A program made the position numbers and the translations under genes. The notes under the pieces are model-generated. The model was not told the DNA's origin and searched no databases. It saw nothing but the letters and a program-made list of their open reading frames with translations. A DNA stretch of 63,968 bases, counting the filler. It is 9 parts of 9 records of this genome, joined end to end, with 100 filler letters (N's around TTAATTAATTAA, not from the genome) between each part and the next. Parts side by side here need not be neighbours in the genome. Positions count along the whole stretch, not along the records: positions 1 to 12,510 come from SRR7504441_6807; 8 more parts are not named here. One strand, 5' to 3'. Numbering within the stretch: the stretch's first letter is position 1; every line of letters starts with the position of its first letter. Shown in pieces: positions 1-12,510 of the stretch.

Positions 1-784
1 GTCCTTCTTCTGCACACCCAGCTCACTCAGTCCAGCCCATCCGGAGGCGGACCTCCTTCTTCTCCTTATTCCTATCCGTCTCCTCGCTTGCCTCCGACAA
101 CTGCCTGTGTTGCACGTTGTCCCCGTCCTGCCCGCTGCCTGGTGCCTCGCTCCCTTGGGCACGGAGTCCTATCTCCGACCAGCCCTCAGCCGATTCGGGG
201 CTCGGCGGCTCTGCACGGGTCAAACACGGTGCCGGGATAGCTGCTGGCTCGGCTGGCGGCACAATCTCAACCGCAGGGCTGCCAGACGATGGCGGCTGAG
301 CTGGAGCGACGGTCTGGGGCGGCTCAGGCTGCGTGACAGCCGGGCCTTCGACCAGTCTGGCCACCGTTTGAGCCGGCTGGGGCTGGATAGGTTGCTCAGG
401 CGGCTCCAGTTTCTTGTCTGGGCCCGGCAGCCCAGCTGCTACAGGCGCGGCGGAGGCGCCAATCCAGCCGGCGTCTCCCCTGTGGTCGATTCCGGCGGGG
501 ACGATCTCAGCACCAGGCACCGGGCCGCCCGGCGCCTGCACCTGCCAGCGCTGGACCACCGGCCGCGTTCCCATCAGCGGTAGCCCCCCGGGCCCGCGGC
601 TATCGCCGCTGATCGGACTGGTCGGCGAGTGGGGCGGCGATTGCCCCGGGCTCCAGGGGCAGCGGCCTACCGCAGGGACTGGGCATCTGTCGCGGCGCTG
701 GGCGCTGGCCCCAAACCGCGCCCTCTCCTCGGTCCCCAGCTGCTGCTTGACCGCAGTCTTGGCCGCCGCCACCCGACTGCTCAT
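1..784 (-). CDS. Pro/Glu-rich hypothetical protein, runs off the window at its 3' end
   Basis: ORF from the ATG at 784 (MSSRVAAAK). A GT-AG intron at 10-52 (43 nt) continues KEKKE|KKD to the window edge. Confidence 0.5.
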
Positions 785-953
785 CCCGGTTGTTTCACCA
801 TCACCACGAAAAAGAGCAACGGCGAGACAGCGAGACCACCGGGCGGGCGCCACTGCCGGCGAGGAACGGCAGGCGGATTCCGGGCGCACGTCGGCAGTGC
901 CTCGCCCCTGGCCTTCTGGTCCGGAAACCTGCCCAGCTGCAGTCGACGTCTGG

Positions 954-2024
954 ATGGCGACCATGGCTGCTCCTGCGGCGGGGGTGACGGTGGTGATCAT
1001 CACCTCGCCGGCGCTGTGCCACCCGTCGACGGAGATGGTCGAGCGGCTGCTGCTCAGCCTGGGCCGACTGGACGGGTTAGGCTCGGGAGTGCCTGTGCTC
1101 ATCTCTTGCGATGGCTACCAGGTCGGCTCCAGGAAGAAGAAGACCGCCGCGGTCTCCCAGGAACGCGCGGATAGCTACGAAGAGTACAAGGCACGGCTGC
1201 TCGCCAGGTTCGGGCCGGTTTGCCAGGCCTGCGGCTGCGACTGCTCGTGCGGGCTGCGGCCAGCGGGCTGTGCCAGCGCCCCGGCCCTGGACGTGATGGT
1301 GAACGTGCTGAGCGGCTGGCACGGGTTCGGGTTGGGACTCAAGGCGGCGCTGCAGCTGGTGCGGACCCCGCTGGTTCTGGTCTCTCCCCACGACATGGAG
1401 TTCACCTGCCGGATCGACCTGGGCCGGGCGCGCCAGCTGGTGAGCCAGCCCGGGAACGGAGTGGAATATATCGGGTTCCCTAACCCAAACAACCTCAACC
1501 ACCAGCAGCGGATGCAGTCAAAGGGCGTGCGAGGGCTCGGGCCGGTGGAGGTGGCCGGCTGTCGGCTGCTTCCACTCTGCCAGTGGAAAGAGAATCCACA
1601 CCTGACCAGCACCGCCCACTATGAGAGAATGGTGTTTGGGCCAACAGCCTGGCCGAGGATTAAAAAGGGCCAATTCATAGAGGACACGGTCGGGCAGAGG
1701 CAGCGGACTATCATCTCGGAATGCGGCATGGAAGCGCATCGCGAGTGGGGGACATTTCTTCTGTGGCCGGTTGTCGAAGGCGCCACGCGCTCGGACGGAT
1801 CCTTCTCGATGACCCATCACCTCGACGGCATAGCTTACCGCACAGTGGCCGATCGCCAGCAGCACGGCCTCACCATCTTTAACGAAGAACCTGCGATGGT
1901 GCAAGAGGCCGACGAACTTATGCAGCTTTGCTCACTACGCACGCTGATGAGCGGCAAGGAAGGTGCCGTCACCGTCGCCGATGCCTCGGATAGTTCAAGG
2001 CCGGACTGCCGGAAGGTTCCCTGA
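954..2024 (+). CDS. Putative GT-A-fold glycosyltransferase-like protein
   Basis: Motifs TVVIITSP..HPST, VLISCDG, YEEYKARL and GFGLGLKAALQLVRTPLVLVSPHD resemble nucleotide-diphospho-sugar transferase families. Intronless. Confidence 0.55.
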   Translation: MATMAAPAAGVTVVIITSPALCHPSTEMVERLLLSLGRLDGLGSGVPVLISCDGYQVGSRKKKTAAVSQERADSYEEYKARLLARFGPVCQACGCDCSCGLRPAGCASAPALDVMVNVLSGWHGFGLGLKAALQLVRTPLVLVSPHDMEFTCRIDLGRARQLVSQPGNGVEYIGFPNPNNLNHQQRMQSKGVRGLGPVEVAGCRLLPLCQWKENPHLTSTAHYERMVFGPTAWPRIKKGQFIEDTVGQRQRTIISECGMEAHREWGTFLLWPVVEGATRSDGSFSMTHHLDGIAYRTVADRQQHGLTIFNEEPAMVQEADELMQLCSLRTLMSGKEGAVTVADASDSSRPDCRKVP

Positions 2025-2073
2025 ATCAGATGCTACTGTATAGCTAACATTAAACCAGATAAATGTTTTATAA

Positions 2074-3532
2074 TTATGACAATGGGCCCATCCGGTGCTT
2101 AAGACGAGTTTGATGGATATCGTGCTCTAAATTCCTTGTATGCTCAGGCTGGTCGAGGTTGTACTTGTACAGCGGCCGGAGAAGCTCATCCTTGTACTCT
2201 TGCCACGCAAGTTGCGTGTCCAGTCTATCCCGGAGCGTGTCATCGTCCGGATATCGGTGAGCTTGTTGCATCGTTTCAATTGACGTCTGAAATCCCCGAA
2301 AATGATGTATGATGTCAGCCGTCCTCACAAAAAGCAGCTCGGTTGCCCCAAGTGCCACCGCATCATACCCCTCCCTGGGTGATCAGCCTTTCGTCAGCTG
2401 AGAAAGCCTCACGCCGCATCAAGTTCTTGCAGATGTAATCCAGCACATCACCTGGTAGCTCTCTGAATACATTAGCAAACTGCACAAACTCCCTCAACAC
2501 ATACACCTGCTCCGGCTCGCGGTCCACTGGCGAAGTCCACAGTATCTGTGCCACTCGGGCTAGTGCCTCGCAGTGCTGCCTCTCCTCGTTAGTGCTCGCT
2601 TTTCTGCTCTGCCGTCGATGTTGAGTGGCCGCCTGCTCGTGCTGTCTGAGTGTGTTAGCCAGCGCAGTGCGTAGTGGTGAGCCTTTCACTGGTTTCGGAT
2701 CAGCGTGTGGTCCAAGCACAAACCCTTGCACACCAGGCACATGACACAGCTCGGAAGGGTCCAAATGAAGAGCAGTCAGGTAGCTGCTCGAGGCTTCTTT
2801 AAAGTGGTTGAGACGGCGATAGCAGAGCGCCAGGTTGGCATGCAGCTCGGCGTATCCGGGCTGCGGGGCCAGCTCGATTGCCTTGAGCAGGTCGCGCACG
2901 GCCTGGCTGTTCTTGCCCATTGAGTACAGCGAGACCGCCCTATTGAAGTAGGGCCAGGGCGACTGCGGCTCGAGCTCGATCGCAAGCCCGTACTCATCCA
3001 CCGCTTCCCGCCAGAGACCCATCAAGTGAAGCACCACTGCCCGGTTGAGCACGGTTACCAACGAGAGTGGCCGCTTGGCTGCGGCCCGGTTGTACGCCAG
3101 CAGCGACTCGGCGAGCTGGCCGCGGTTCTTGCAGCGCATTGCCTCGCGTAGTTGTGGCCCGTCCGCCCCGGTGCACGGTGAGATCGGCTTGAACTCTTTC
3201 GGGCCAGCCAGCTCAGCCTGCTCACTCGACAGCTGCCTGTGCTGGCCCAGGGCCAAGAGCGGTTGGCTGGCCGACTCCTGTTGGGGCCGGCGTCGGATGG
3301 TTTCGTGTTCTGTCTTGCTCCACTCCAGCTGAGCCAGCTCCGAGCGGAGGGCCGGTTGCGGCTTGGTTCTAGGTGACCGCCGGCCGCTCCACCGCTGCTG
3401 CCGCCTGCTGATGGCTTGCTGCTCGTCTTCCACGACCTTCCGCTGCCAGGCCGGCAGCTGGACTGGGCGGGGCTTGGGCGGCGGCCGCCATGGTGGGCGG
3501 ACAGTGGGCTGCCGGGAGCTCGGGCGGTGCAT
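2074..3532 (-). CDS. TPR-repeat protein with a partial cyclic-nucleotide-binding domain (frame break near 2363)
   Basis: TPR helices (EAVDEYGLAIELEP..PYFNRAVSL; ELHANLALCY). The cNMP-like start VFRELP..RLITQG is followed after a +1 shift by the cNMP end VALGATELLFV. Confidence 0.65.
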
Positions 3533-3812
3533 CTGGGCCTGCCTGCGGGACAAGGCCCGCTCAGCCGACACCGGCGAAAGCGAGGGCGGGCCCACGTCCG
3601 GGGTGAGTCTAAGCACCCGGGGCGACGGCGTGCCGGGCTGCCGGCAGCGAAGCACCGGGCAGGGCCGCCCACCCGGCCCGCTGCCGCTGCCCGGTGGGCT
3701 GGCAACAAGGCTGGGTGGCCTTGGCCCCATCCGCGTCCTATAAATTGTTTGCGTGCCGCCGGGGTCCTGGACGGGCCTGTGTGCCGCGGGCGGGGGCGGT
3801 GGGGCCTGGGAG

Positions 3813-6800
3813 ATGGAGCAGCTCACCCAGCGCGAGGTGGTCACTGAGGCGTTCGAGCTGTTCGCCCCACCGGACGGACAGTTGCCTGTCGAGCTGCTCA
3901 AGTACGTGGTGGGGATGCTCCCGCTGGCGGCGGACGACGCCTTCCAGCGGGTGTCCGACCTGCTGGCCTGCGGCAAAGTGCAGCAAGTCACCGCCGAAGT
4001 GAGCGCGCTGCTGGCTGAGCAGCGGGGTGAGCAAGATCCGCCTCAGTCATTGTCCCTGGATGAGCTGGTGGGGTCGGTCACAGCATACAACACCCAGTGC
4101 GGGGTGTTCCATATGAACTCTGTGGTGGGCAAGTTCCAGGACGTATTCTCTGTCATGGACCGGGATAAGAGCGGCGGGGTGTCTGTGGAGGAGCTGCGGG
4201 TGCTGCTAGGAGTGCTCGGCCAGGAGATCCCAGATAAGCTGCTGCAGCGGCTGCACAGCATGGCCTGGTTCCAGGAGATGCAGCGCAGCGGCGATGTCGA
4301 CCTCACTCTGGTTGCGTTCATCCGTTTTGTGGTGCGGCTGTGCACTGTCAAAGGCTGAACTGTATGGTGGGCAGGTGGACAACGAGGATGGCAGTCTCGA
4401 TGCCAAGCGTGTGCTGTTTACAGCAGTCACCTCGCTGCGGGACTTGTATCGCCTGGTTGGGAATGACGAGCAAGACACAGGATTTGGTGTTGACGAACTT
4501 AACCAGGCGATGCAGCTACTTGAGCTTGACACAACAGAAGCTGAGCTAGAGGATGTGCTGCTCCAGGCTGGGGGCTGGAGGGACGAAGAGGGCGCAGTCC
4601 ATGGAGGATTCAGAGAGTTTACTAAAATGGTCATCGATCAGCAATCGATTAGCGTGACCCGCATGGTTGAGGCACTGCGAAAAGATTCTGAGCTTTTCCA
4701 GCTCTTTGATGACAGCGGCGACGGCTCCATCACAGCTACAGAACTTGGCCAAGGCCTTTCCAAGCTCTTCGGGAGACGACCCTCCCAATTCGAGATGGAA
4801 CGCTTAATCGAGACTGTGGACACTGATGGGAGCGGAATCATTGACTTCTCAGAGTTTGTACAGATGCTCCATTCTACAGACCACCCCACCACTGTGGCAC
4901 GCACCCTGAAAGCTATCAAGGGCCCAATCAAGGACATCCATCAGGTTTTCGAACTGTTTTGTGTAGACGTTGGCCCGGTGGTTGCACCCCGTAGTATCAC
5001 GCGTAGCCAATTCAGCCAGATAATGCAGAGCTTTGGGGAGGAAATGTCAGAGGAGCGTAAAACTGAGCTGATGTTGGCCATAAACATGTATGAGACTGAA
5101 TGGGTTGCAGCACCCAAGGACAAAAACGCATGGATGGAGAACTGCGTCCCAAAATCTAGATGGCTGCATCTCAGCTGAGGACATTGTGAGCACATTACAT
5201 CGCCTTGGCATGTGCAAGGCATCTCTCCCAAAGATTCTTGAGGTTATTCTCAACACGTACCCATCATTCACTGGATCTCTGCATTTCAACGAATTTGTAC
5301 ATTTGGTTGCTGCAGAAAGATCATCTGTGGGCTCTGAGCTGGCTGAGATTTCTGAACTTCGTGAAGCCTTTTCTATGTATGACACTGATGGCAGCGGAGC
5401 CCTAGACGCTGACGAGATCAAGGCTGCTCTCGAGAAACTCGGGGTAGAAAAATCCCTCGATGAGTGCAAAGCAATGATAGCTTCCATTGATGATGACGGC
5501 AGTGGCGAGATTGTCTTTGAAGAATTTGTACAGTTGATGGCCAAGAAGGAAGACGCAGACGCTCTTACTATGCAAACCGCAGTCCCACAGGTGGACCAGC
5601 ACATCCGTCTTCTCGCCCTCCTAAAAGAGAGCGAGCCACATTCAGAAGCGAGACAGAAACGTGCCCACCAAATCATGGAGTTGGTGACTGAAATGGCAAT
5701 TCCCTTCTTTACGGAACAGGAGCCCAACCTTTGTCTCTCGCTCTGCAAAGCAATGTCCCTTAGCGACATCCCACCTGGGGAGGTTGTTGTGCGACAAGGG
5801 AAACAAGCGGGCGATTTCTTTATCATTCTAAATGGAACTCTCGACATTTGGATGCTCAAAGACCATTATGGCCAGTATCAGCGGAGTCGCTATCGCGGTG
5901 CAAGCGCGTGGTGCGTGCTTGAGCCTGTCTTGAGGAACACGGTTAAAAATTTCCAGACAGCGCTGAATGCATTTCCCTCTGCTGGTTCAGCTTTCCAAAC
6001 GACAGCACAACTTCGAGAGATGGTCACGAAGCTTGAAATTGTAAAACAGGAGTTGCACGCCTGGCGCAAATTAGCCAACCAGGTATGCGTTGGTGATCTG
6101 GATGACGTGCGTAGCCATGGAAGTGCACTTGAAGAGGGATTGCTACATCTTGTATCGCTCGAGGAAGCTGTTGTTTTGCTTGACGATGTGCGTAGAGAAC
6201 ACGTTCTGCAGCGGACCAACCTGCAACTTCAGGGGAAAAGTGGACGGGCTCTTGAAGATGTCGATTTCATGCTTGCAACACTAAAGTACACTCTGAAAGC
6301 CGCTTACGAAGCTGTTGCAGTGATGACCAAAGCATTACGAGGACCTTGCTCCTGCCCCCAGTTTTGATATGAAGCCGCCACCTCTCCAGCCAACTCCTTA
6401 TGTACCTCGACCACTCGGAGAAATCATTGACCGTTATTCCGATTATCCGAAGAGCTTTGGGGCACCACAGGCTGCTCCCCTGCAGCCACCCCTGCAGCCA
6501 CCCCGCAGCCAGAGCGTGCCTGCAATTGTTCAGCAAGCAATCTCTAAAGCGCCGCCGCCACCAACAACGTCACCTCGTCAGGTTCCCTGGCAGCAGCGTG
6601 GTTCGGTCAGGCGGTCGAGTTACCCGTTTACAGGCACGTGGACAAGAAAACCGAATACTGCCTCCCGGCCCAAAACAGCAATGGAGGGCTCCTTGACAAT
6701 GCCTCGGCGAACACTCGAGCACTCACTTTCTGAAGACGTGGACATGCCCCCAGCACATACTCTGTATGCCAGGCCACATTTCAAGGGAGGTGTACGGCTG

Positions 6801-6935
6801 TACGAACCCGAGACCGAGACCTCCGTTTATAGTGGCATGAGCCGGTTTTTGAAGGACCTTCACTCGATCGATACGATAGACGTGTTGAATAGGAGGCGAA
6901 TAATGGTAGCTCATACGCGATCGGAAGATGACTAA
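3813..6935 (+). CDS. Large multi-EF-hand (calmodulin-like repeat) protein with a partial cNMP-binding domain
   Basis: EF loops DRDKSGGVSVEE, DDSGDGSITATE, DTDGSGIIDFSE, DTDGSGALDADE and DDDGSGEIVFEE; VVRQGKQAGDFFIILNG. Intron at 4332-4374; unexplained +1 shifts near 5150 and 6345-6365. Confidence 0.75.
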
Positions 6936-6970
6936 AGTGGTGTACAAGTCTTATTTAGAGCCATTTAACG

Positions 6971-7379
6971 TCATCGCTTGCGCAGCTCTTCGAGGATGCC
7001 GAGCATAGTATGGTTCAGGATCTTGAGTTGATCTGCTACTTCTTCCAGCCCCGCCGACCCGCCCACCGGCTCCGCTGCGCTCACCCGCAGGCCTGCTGCG
7101 GCCAGCCCTTCGAAGTCTTCCTCCATGACCGATCCGACATACTCCCCCTGCACCTCGCTGGGCGGGTCCTGCCCCTCGAGGCCAGCCGGGCTCGCCGCCA
7201 GCCTGCCCACAGACTCACGCAGGCCGGGTTAGGGTCAGGCACCCCTCGCCGAACAGCCCGGCCGCCTCCGCCTCGAACTCGCCGATAGCCTTGCGAGTGC
7301 CCGACGCCCCGCGCCACAACCCAGTCCGTCCCGCCAGCCCTGCGCGCGCGGCTCGCGTCAGCACAGCCGCCACGCTCAT
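6971..7379 (-). CDS. Small hypothetical protein with a possible mitochondrial presequence
   Basis: N-terminus MSVAAVLTRAARAGLAGR is Arg/Ala-rich. A 40-nt GT-AG intron at 7203-7242 joins GEG|LAASP to ORF 6971..7210. Confidence 0.55.
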
Positions 7380-7433
7380 GAGAGATCTGGCAGTTGGCAC
7401 CCGCCGCCGCACAGCCGGTCACACTGCTGACAG

Positions 7434-8967
7434 ATGCTCGGGCTGGCGCAGCGCGGGATGCGGCTGTCCAGCGCCGGCGGGCGACAGCTGAGGCGGAGGC
7501 TGGGCGGCGGGCTGACCACCTCGTTCAGCCCGGGCCGGCTGCGCGACGCCAGGTACTCGCAGTCCCGCAAGGTGCTGGTGATCTACACGGTGCCCTGCCG
7601 CCCCGGCCGCCAGGCACACCCTGCCTGCAGGGCGGGACCATAGGGATGGACCGAGTGAGCGGGCCCGGCGAGCTGGAGCCCGTCCCCGGGTTCCTGACCG
7701 AGGAGCTGCACAAGACGCTCTCGATCCAGACGGGGGTGCCAGCGGTCGAGGTGGTGGAGTGGGAGCAGCTGCTCGACTCGAGCAACGTCGAGCCGCAGGA
7801 CTGGGCTAGGCTGGCCCGCCAGCTCGAGGCCAGCTACCTGGACTACGACGGCTTGTGCCCGCCCCCTGGGCCGCCCGGGCTCATTCCAGCGGCAGCGTGG
7901 TGCTGCACGGCACGGATACAATGGCATACACAGCCTCGGCGCTTTCGTTCATGCTGCGAAACCTGGGCAAGCCGGTGGTCTTTACGGGCTCCCAGATCCC
8001 GTTCTGTGACCCGCACGTACGCCAGCCAGGCGGCACGCGAAGCGGTGACGCGGGCTGGGCAGAACGATGCACGTCGAAATATTCTGGCCTCCGTGCTGGT
8101 GGCGGGTGCGGCTGGCCGCTTCTGTGGGCGAGCCGGGCGCAGGCAACTTTGACATCCCAGAGGTGTGTCTGCTGTTCAACGACCGGCTGCTCCGGGGGAA
8201 TCGGGCATCGAAGCGCTCGACCAGCAACTTGGACGCTTTCCACTCACCGCACTGTCCAAACTTAGGTCGCCAGACCTGCTGCCATGCGCGATGGCCGCGG
8301 GCAGGCGAGGTGAATATAGACTTTACAATCAGGGAGGAGCTGCTCCAGGCCCAGCCCCGAGCACGGCTCGAGTGCCACACCCAGCTGGCGACCGGGATCA
8401 ACGTGGTCCGATTAGTTCCAGGCGCTCGCCAGCTGGGTTCTCGGGTGAGTACTGGGCAGGGTTTGCGGACGATGCCATAATTCACATGCTGGAGCACCTC
8501 AACTCGGACGGGCAGCGCTCTGCCCTGGTGCTCGAACTATACGGGACAGGCCTGTGTCTGCTGATTGCTGGTCTGAACTGAGGTGTCAGGCGGTGCCCCG
8601 GAGAGGAAGCAGCAAATGTACTCAGCGCTGGCGCGTGCGGTGGAGAAGGGCACGATAGTGGCGTTGGTCTCGCAGTGCACCTATGGCACAGTCGACTTGC
8701 ACCAGTACGCAGTGAGTGGTGCACTGAGGGATACTGGCGTACTCTCCGGTGGAGACATGACAGTAGAAGCGGTGGTCGGCAAGCTAGCGTACCTTATGGG
8801 GCGGCAAGACCTTTCAATAGACGAGGTCAGGGTCGGGTTTGATGCAAACCTGCGAGGTGCGGCGCGGTGCCTGCTGGTTGCTCTTGAATGCATGTAATGC
8901 AGGCGAAAAGCATGGTCCCTCTCACACACTGACTCCGCAAGCACAGCGGCTTGTGAGCATATTGTGA
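7434..8967 (+). CDS. L-asparaginase (type I / 60-kDa lysophospholipase-like), 8 introns
   Basis: Spliced motifs [44 protein letters not shown] and SGGDMTVEA. Introns at 7590-7630, 7855-7895, 8017-8062, 8106-8142, 8266-8304, 8422-8459 (GC), 8550-8589 (GC) and 8857-8902. Confidence 0.92.
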
Positions 8968-9272
8968 ACATCCCCATACCAGCCAATTTTACGCATGCTC
9001 CAGGAGTAGCAACTACGAAAATAAAGAAGAGATTGCAATCTTTAACAACGCTTTGCTCAGCCATGCACGAATACTCATAGCCGACTCCTGATGTCACTCC
9101 ATACAGTGTAGTCACCCCATCCACTCGTGCCCCATCGATCGCGAGCACCACCACGACTCCTGCCACTAGATCATATGTATGCCTCATCCCTACCTCATCC
9201 CGATCGACGGCTTATGATTATAGGTGAACCAGATATTTACATTTCAGCTTTTTTATTTCGGTTCATGATCTA

Positions 9273-10988
9273 TCATGACTCCTCCATGCTCAAGATGGTT
9301 CCCTCTAAGATGCACTCTTGGTCCAATTCTCCGAGGTCCGAAGCTCCAGCACTAGGCGTCACCGGAGCATTAAGGTGGGCCACCAATGTACGCCAGCGAC
9401 CGTGAAGCACCTGCATGGACCGCTGGTATTTCCATATCTGCTGCCACTTATCTCTCCAGCCCGTTGCAGGCACACCCATGTTGCTCATAGAGTCCAGTTG
9501 AGGATCAATGCTCGCCACCGGGTGTATGATCATAAAGTTAAGTCGAGGAACCGCTTGCCGGGGCTGGCGGGCGAGCCGCCTAGCAGCTTCGAGCTTGTGG
9601 TGACCATCCAGCACAATCAGCCGCTCCTTGAATCGACCTCGGTAGCACAGCACAGTGGGGCAGCAACTGCCTGTCGCCTGCTGCATCCTTGCCATGTAGC
9701 CCAGGACAGTCTGCTCGTTCAGTCGGCTCTCGTGCTGGGTGGCAAGCAGCCCGCAGGCCACAGGCCATAGATCACTCATCACCAAATGTCCCAAGCTGTC
9801 AGTTTGCCCGAGTCTGCCAGACCGCTCCGCGCCTTCGCAGTTCTCCCCTCGGTACCATTTTGCTGTGCATTCGGGCACTCTTAGAGCATCCTGCCGGCTG
9901 ATGCGCTCAGCTGTCAGCTGTTCTTTGTCTGACGGGAGCGGCCGCTGTGTGAGCATAATAAAGTCGTTGGCATCGTCCTCATCTTGTGCGCCGGTATGAT
10001 AGCAATAAAAGCCCGGTGACCACACATCAAAGTGTCTGTTGGTGGCGCTCATGTCCTGCTCCAGCTGGGCGGCCGCTGTGTTCCCAAACAGCTCGGCCTG
10101 CACCAGCGAGAACTCGTACGCTCCGTCCGGCAGCAGCTGACCGATGCACTCGTATGTGGGCTGTGTCATGAGTCGCGGCGATTCGAGCTCGACCACTGGG
10201 TTGATAAAAAGGTTCAAAAGATTCCCCACAAGCTCGGCGGTTGCAGTCAGCGCATCCCGGTCACTGGCACTCTTGGAGCCGGAGATCGGCTCAAACATAG
10301 GCGCTCCCTTCAGATCGTGCATCGGCACATAGACTTTATGAGGCACTCCACACCATCTCCCAGCGATTTCTAGCCAGGCTCCGTCCATACAGAGGCTGCC
10401 ATGCAGCTCGTCACCAGCCCTCTGGGTGGCCTCCGGATCGAGCTCCGGATCGATGCATGCACTCTCGAGCTCCGGTTCCAGACGCCAGCGCACAGCCTGG
10501 AGACACCGCCATCCGCCTCTCCTCTGGCGCCGCTCGAACCTCACACAGAAGGTGTTGTGGTCCGTGCCGTACTCGATCTCACTCGGCTGGCCGCCCGTGT
10601 CCAGCTCCAGCCGGAACCAGCCCGCGTCGAAATCGCGCATGTTGCAGTCCAGTCCGAGCAGGCTGCCGGAGCCGCTCACTAGGCACCGCCCGCGCGGGAC
10701 CAGCCCGTGGTTGGTGGCTTGCGCCAGCGCTCGGCAGAGGAGCGCCATGCGCGAGGCCGGGCAGCGCGACCGGTCCTGCCACGGCCCTTGCCCCAGGGGC
10801 GAGCTCTCCAGCCAGTCCTGCAGCCAGCGGTCGATTGAGTCACGCACTAGAGTGCAGGTCGGTCGGTGCCCGAGCGTGCAAGTGAAATCAACCCGCGGCC
10901 AGACCAGCTCGCCAAGCCCACTCGCCAGCACGCGGTGCCACGCGGCCGCAGGCCGCGCCGGGCGTAGCCCGGACCTATCCTCCGCCAT
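9273..10988 (-). CDS. Hypothetical protein with a C-terminal ParB/sulfiredoxin-like DGHH motif
   Basis: 571-aa intronless ORF containing LLATQ..LNEQTVLGY..PTVL..LIVLDGHHKLEAA. Confidence 0.55.
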   Translation of the reverse strand: MAEDRSGLRPARPAAAWHRVLASGLGELVWPRVDFTCTLGHRPTCTLVRDSIDRWLQDWLESSPLGQGPWQDRSRCPASRMALLCRALAQATNHGLVPRGRCLVSGSGSLLGLDCNMRDFDAGWFRLELDTGGQPSEIEYGTDHNTFCVRFERRQRRGGWRCLQAVRWRLEPELESACIDPELDPEATQRAGDELHGSLCMDGAWLEIAGRWCGVPHKVYVPMHDLKGAPMFEPISGSKSASDRDALTATAELVGNLLNLFINPVVELESPRLMTQPTYECIGQLLPDGAYEFSLVQAELFGNTAAAQLEQDMSATNRHFDVWSPGFYCYHTGAQDEDDANDFIMLTQRPLPSDKEQLTAERISRQDALRVPECTAKWYRGENCEGAERSGRLGQTDSLGHLVMSDLWPVACGLLATQHESRLNEQTVLGYMARMQQATGSCCPTVLCYRGRFKERLIVLDGHHKLEAARRLARQPRQAVPRLNFMIIHPVASIDPQLDSMSNMGVPATGWRDKWQQIWKYQRSMQVLHGRWRTLVAHLNAPVTPSAGASDLGELDQECILEGTILSMEES

Positions 10989-11184
10989 GGCAACGGTTTT
11001 CGGCCAGATCGCACACCGTAACTGTTTATTTCATTTACGGATTTACGGATTTACTCGTGATCTGGCGAAAAGGAATCTGACTCGTCTGGCTACAGAACCG
11101 TAGAGGACGCCGCGGCGTTTTTGAAGGCCGCCACTTTGGTCACAGCCCGTAATGTTATAATTACATCGAATACACATTTTCACA

Positions 11185-12297
11185 CTATGGATTATGAGCC
11201 ATCATCCGATTCCCCTCCGTAGCATTGTAACCTCGGTACATTGTAAAAGTGTAGTTAGTGTGGTAGTCAAAGTTTGGATGCCCAGCAAATATTTCATAAC
11301 ATCCATATCCGTTGCAGTCAACTGTCCTATCTGTTGTGGCGTTTAATCCATCTGCAACCACACCGTTGTCAATCCTGACACGCAACACGCCAACTGCTCA
11401 GGCAGCATACCGTTTGAGTGCGCCGACCAGGTATCAGAGTGGTGTGACCCGGATAGCATGCCCCCAGCGCAGCGAGAGGGATGACTGTAGCTACTGGAAG
11501 TAGGGGCCCATTCAAAGTCTGTCTGCCCTGACTCTAGAAGAGCTTCTCCAGACCTTGATGTGTACTGGACAACCAGCACCTCCGTTCATTTCAAAAGAAA
11601 CTCGTCATTTCCACTCAAAATACATTATGAAGAAATGGGTGTGCTCAATTCAAACAAAATAGCAGTGTTTCATACAAAAGAGGGCACGCTCGGCTCCAGA
11701 ATTCTGGCAGATCCTTCACCATTCAGTTTGACAGACCCTGGTTCAATACAACTCTGATGAAGTGCTCTGCAGTATTTGGATCCAAGTTCTTGCCTTATCT
11801 TGGATCAGAGCCTATGTGCACCTGGCGCTCTGAAAAGCAGATGCTTCCTTTAAGCATATACCACAATTACTGCTCTGGTCATGGGATGTGTACGCCGTCG
11901 TCTGCAGGCTGCACTTGTGATATTGGTTATAGCGGCAGCGACTGCTCGGTTGTTGACAACATGTTCACGTTCAGTGCATCTCACGGAACGAGGACACGCA
12001 CCGACTGCGCGATATGCACTAACTCAACGTATTGCTGCAATGGCGTCTGCAATGCAGCAAAAGTAGCTCAGCGGGGGTTTGGCTGTGACTGCGACAGTGG
12101 ATACCGTGGTGTCGGTTGCCAAGTCCCATGTCCATCATGCCATCATTGTAGGCCACGAGGATTGCATACCGGTGTTCATCGACACCGCGGTTAGATGGCA
12201 ACGAGACCAGGACAATCGGCTGCGGAAAAGGCCTAATCTGGGTCACGGAATGCTGGTGGGCGGCATGCAGGACATGCAATGCAACATTCCGAGCTAG
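11185..12297. pseudogene. Fragmented or rearranged coding remnants, including EGF-like repeats
   Basis: EGF-like CSGHGMC..CTCDIGYSGSDC and CNGVC..CDCDSGYRGVGC on + (11757-12194). Protein-like frameshifted fragments on - (11185-11579). Lower GC than the flanks. Confidence 0.45.
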
Positions 12298-12510
12298 GGT
12301 GCACATTGTGTGCGAGCGCGCTTGTGGTAGGAGTTGCGCTAAAGGGGAGCGCCGAAAGACGGATGTTATGAGCGGATGATGACCTTTGCGCATGAACGAT
12401 CAGTCACGGCTAGTATAGTCTAGGAGCATCGACAATATATGACAATCACACAGGAGCAGTCAATGTCATGTAAACACGCGTACGAGTCTAGTCGACGCCG
12501 CATAATTATG

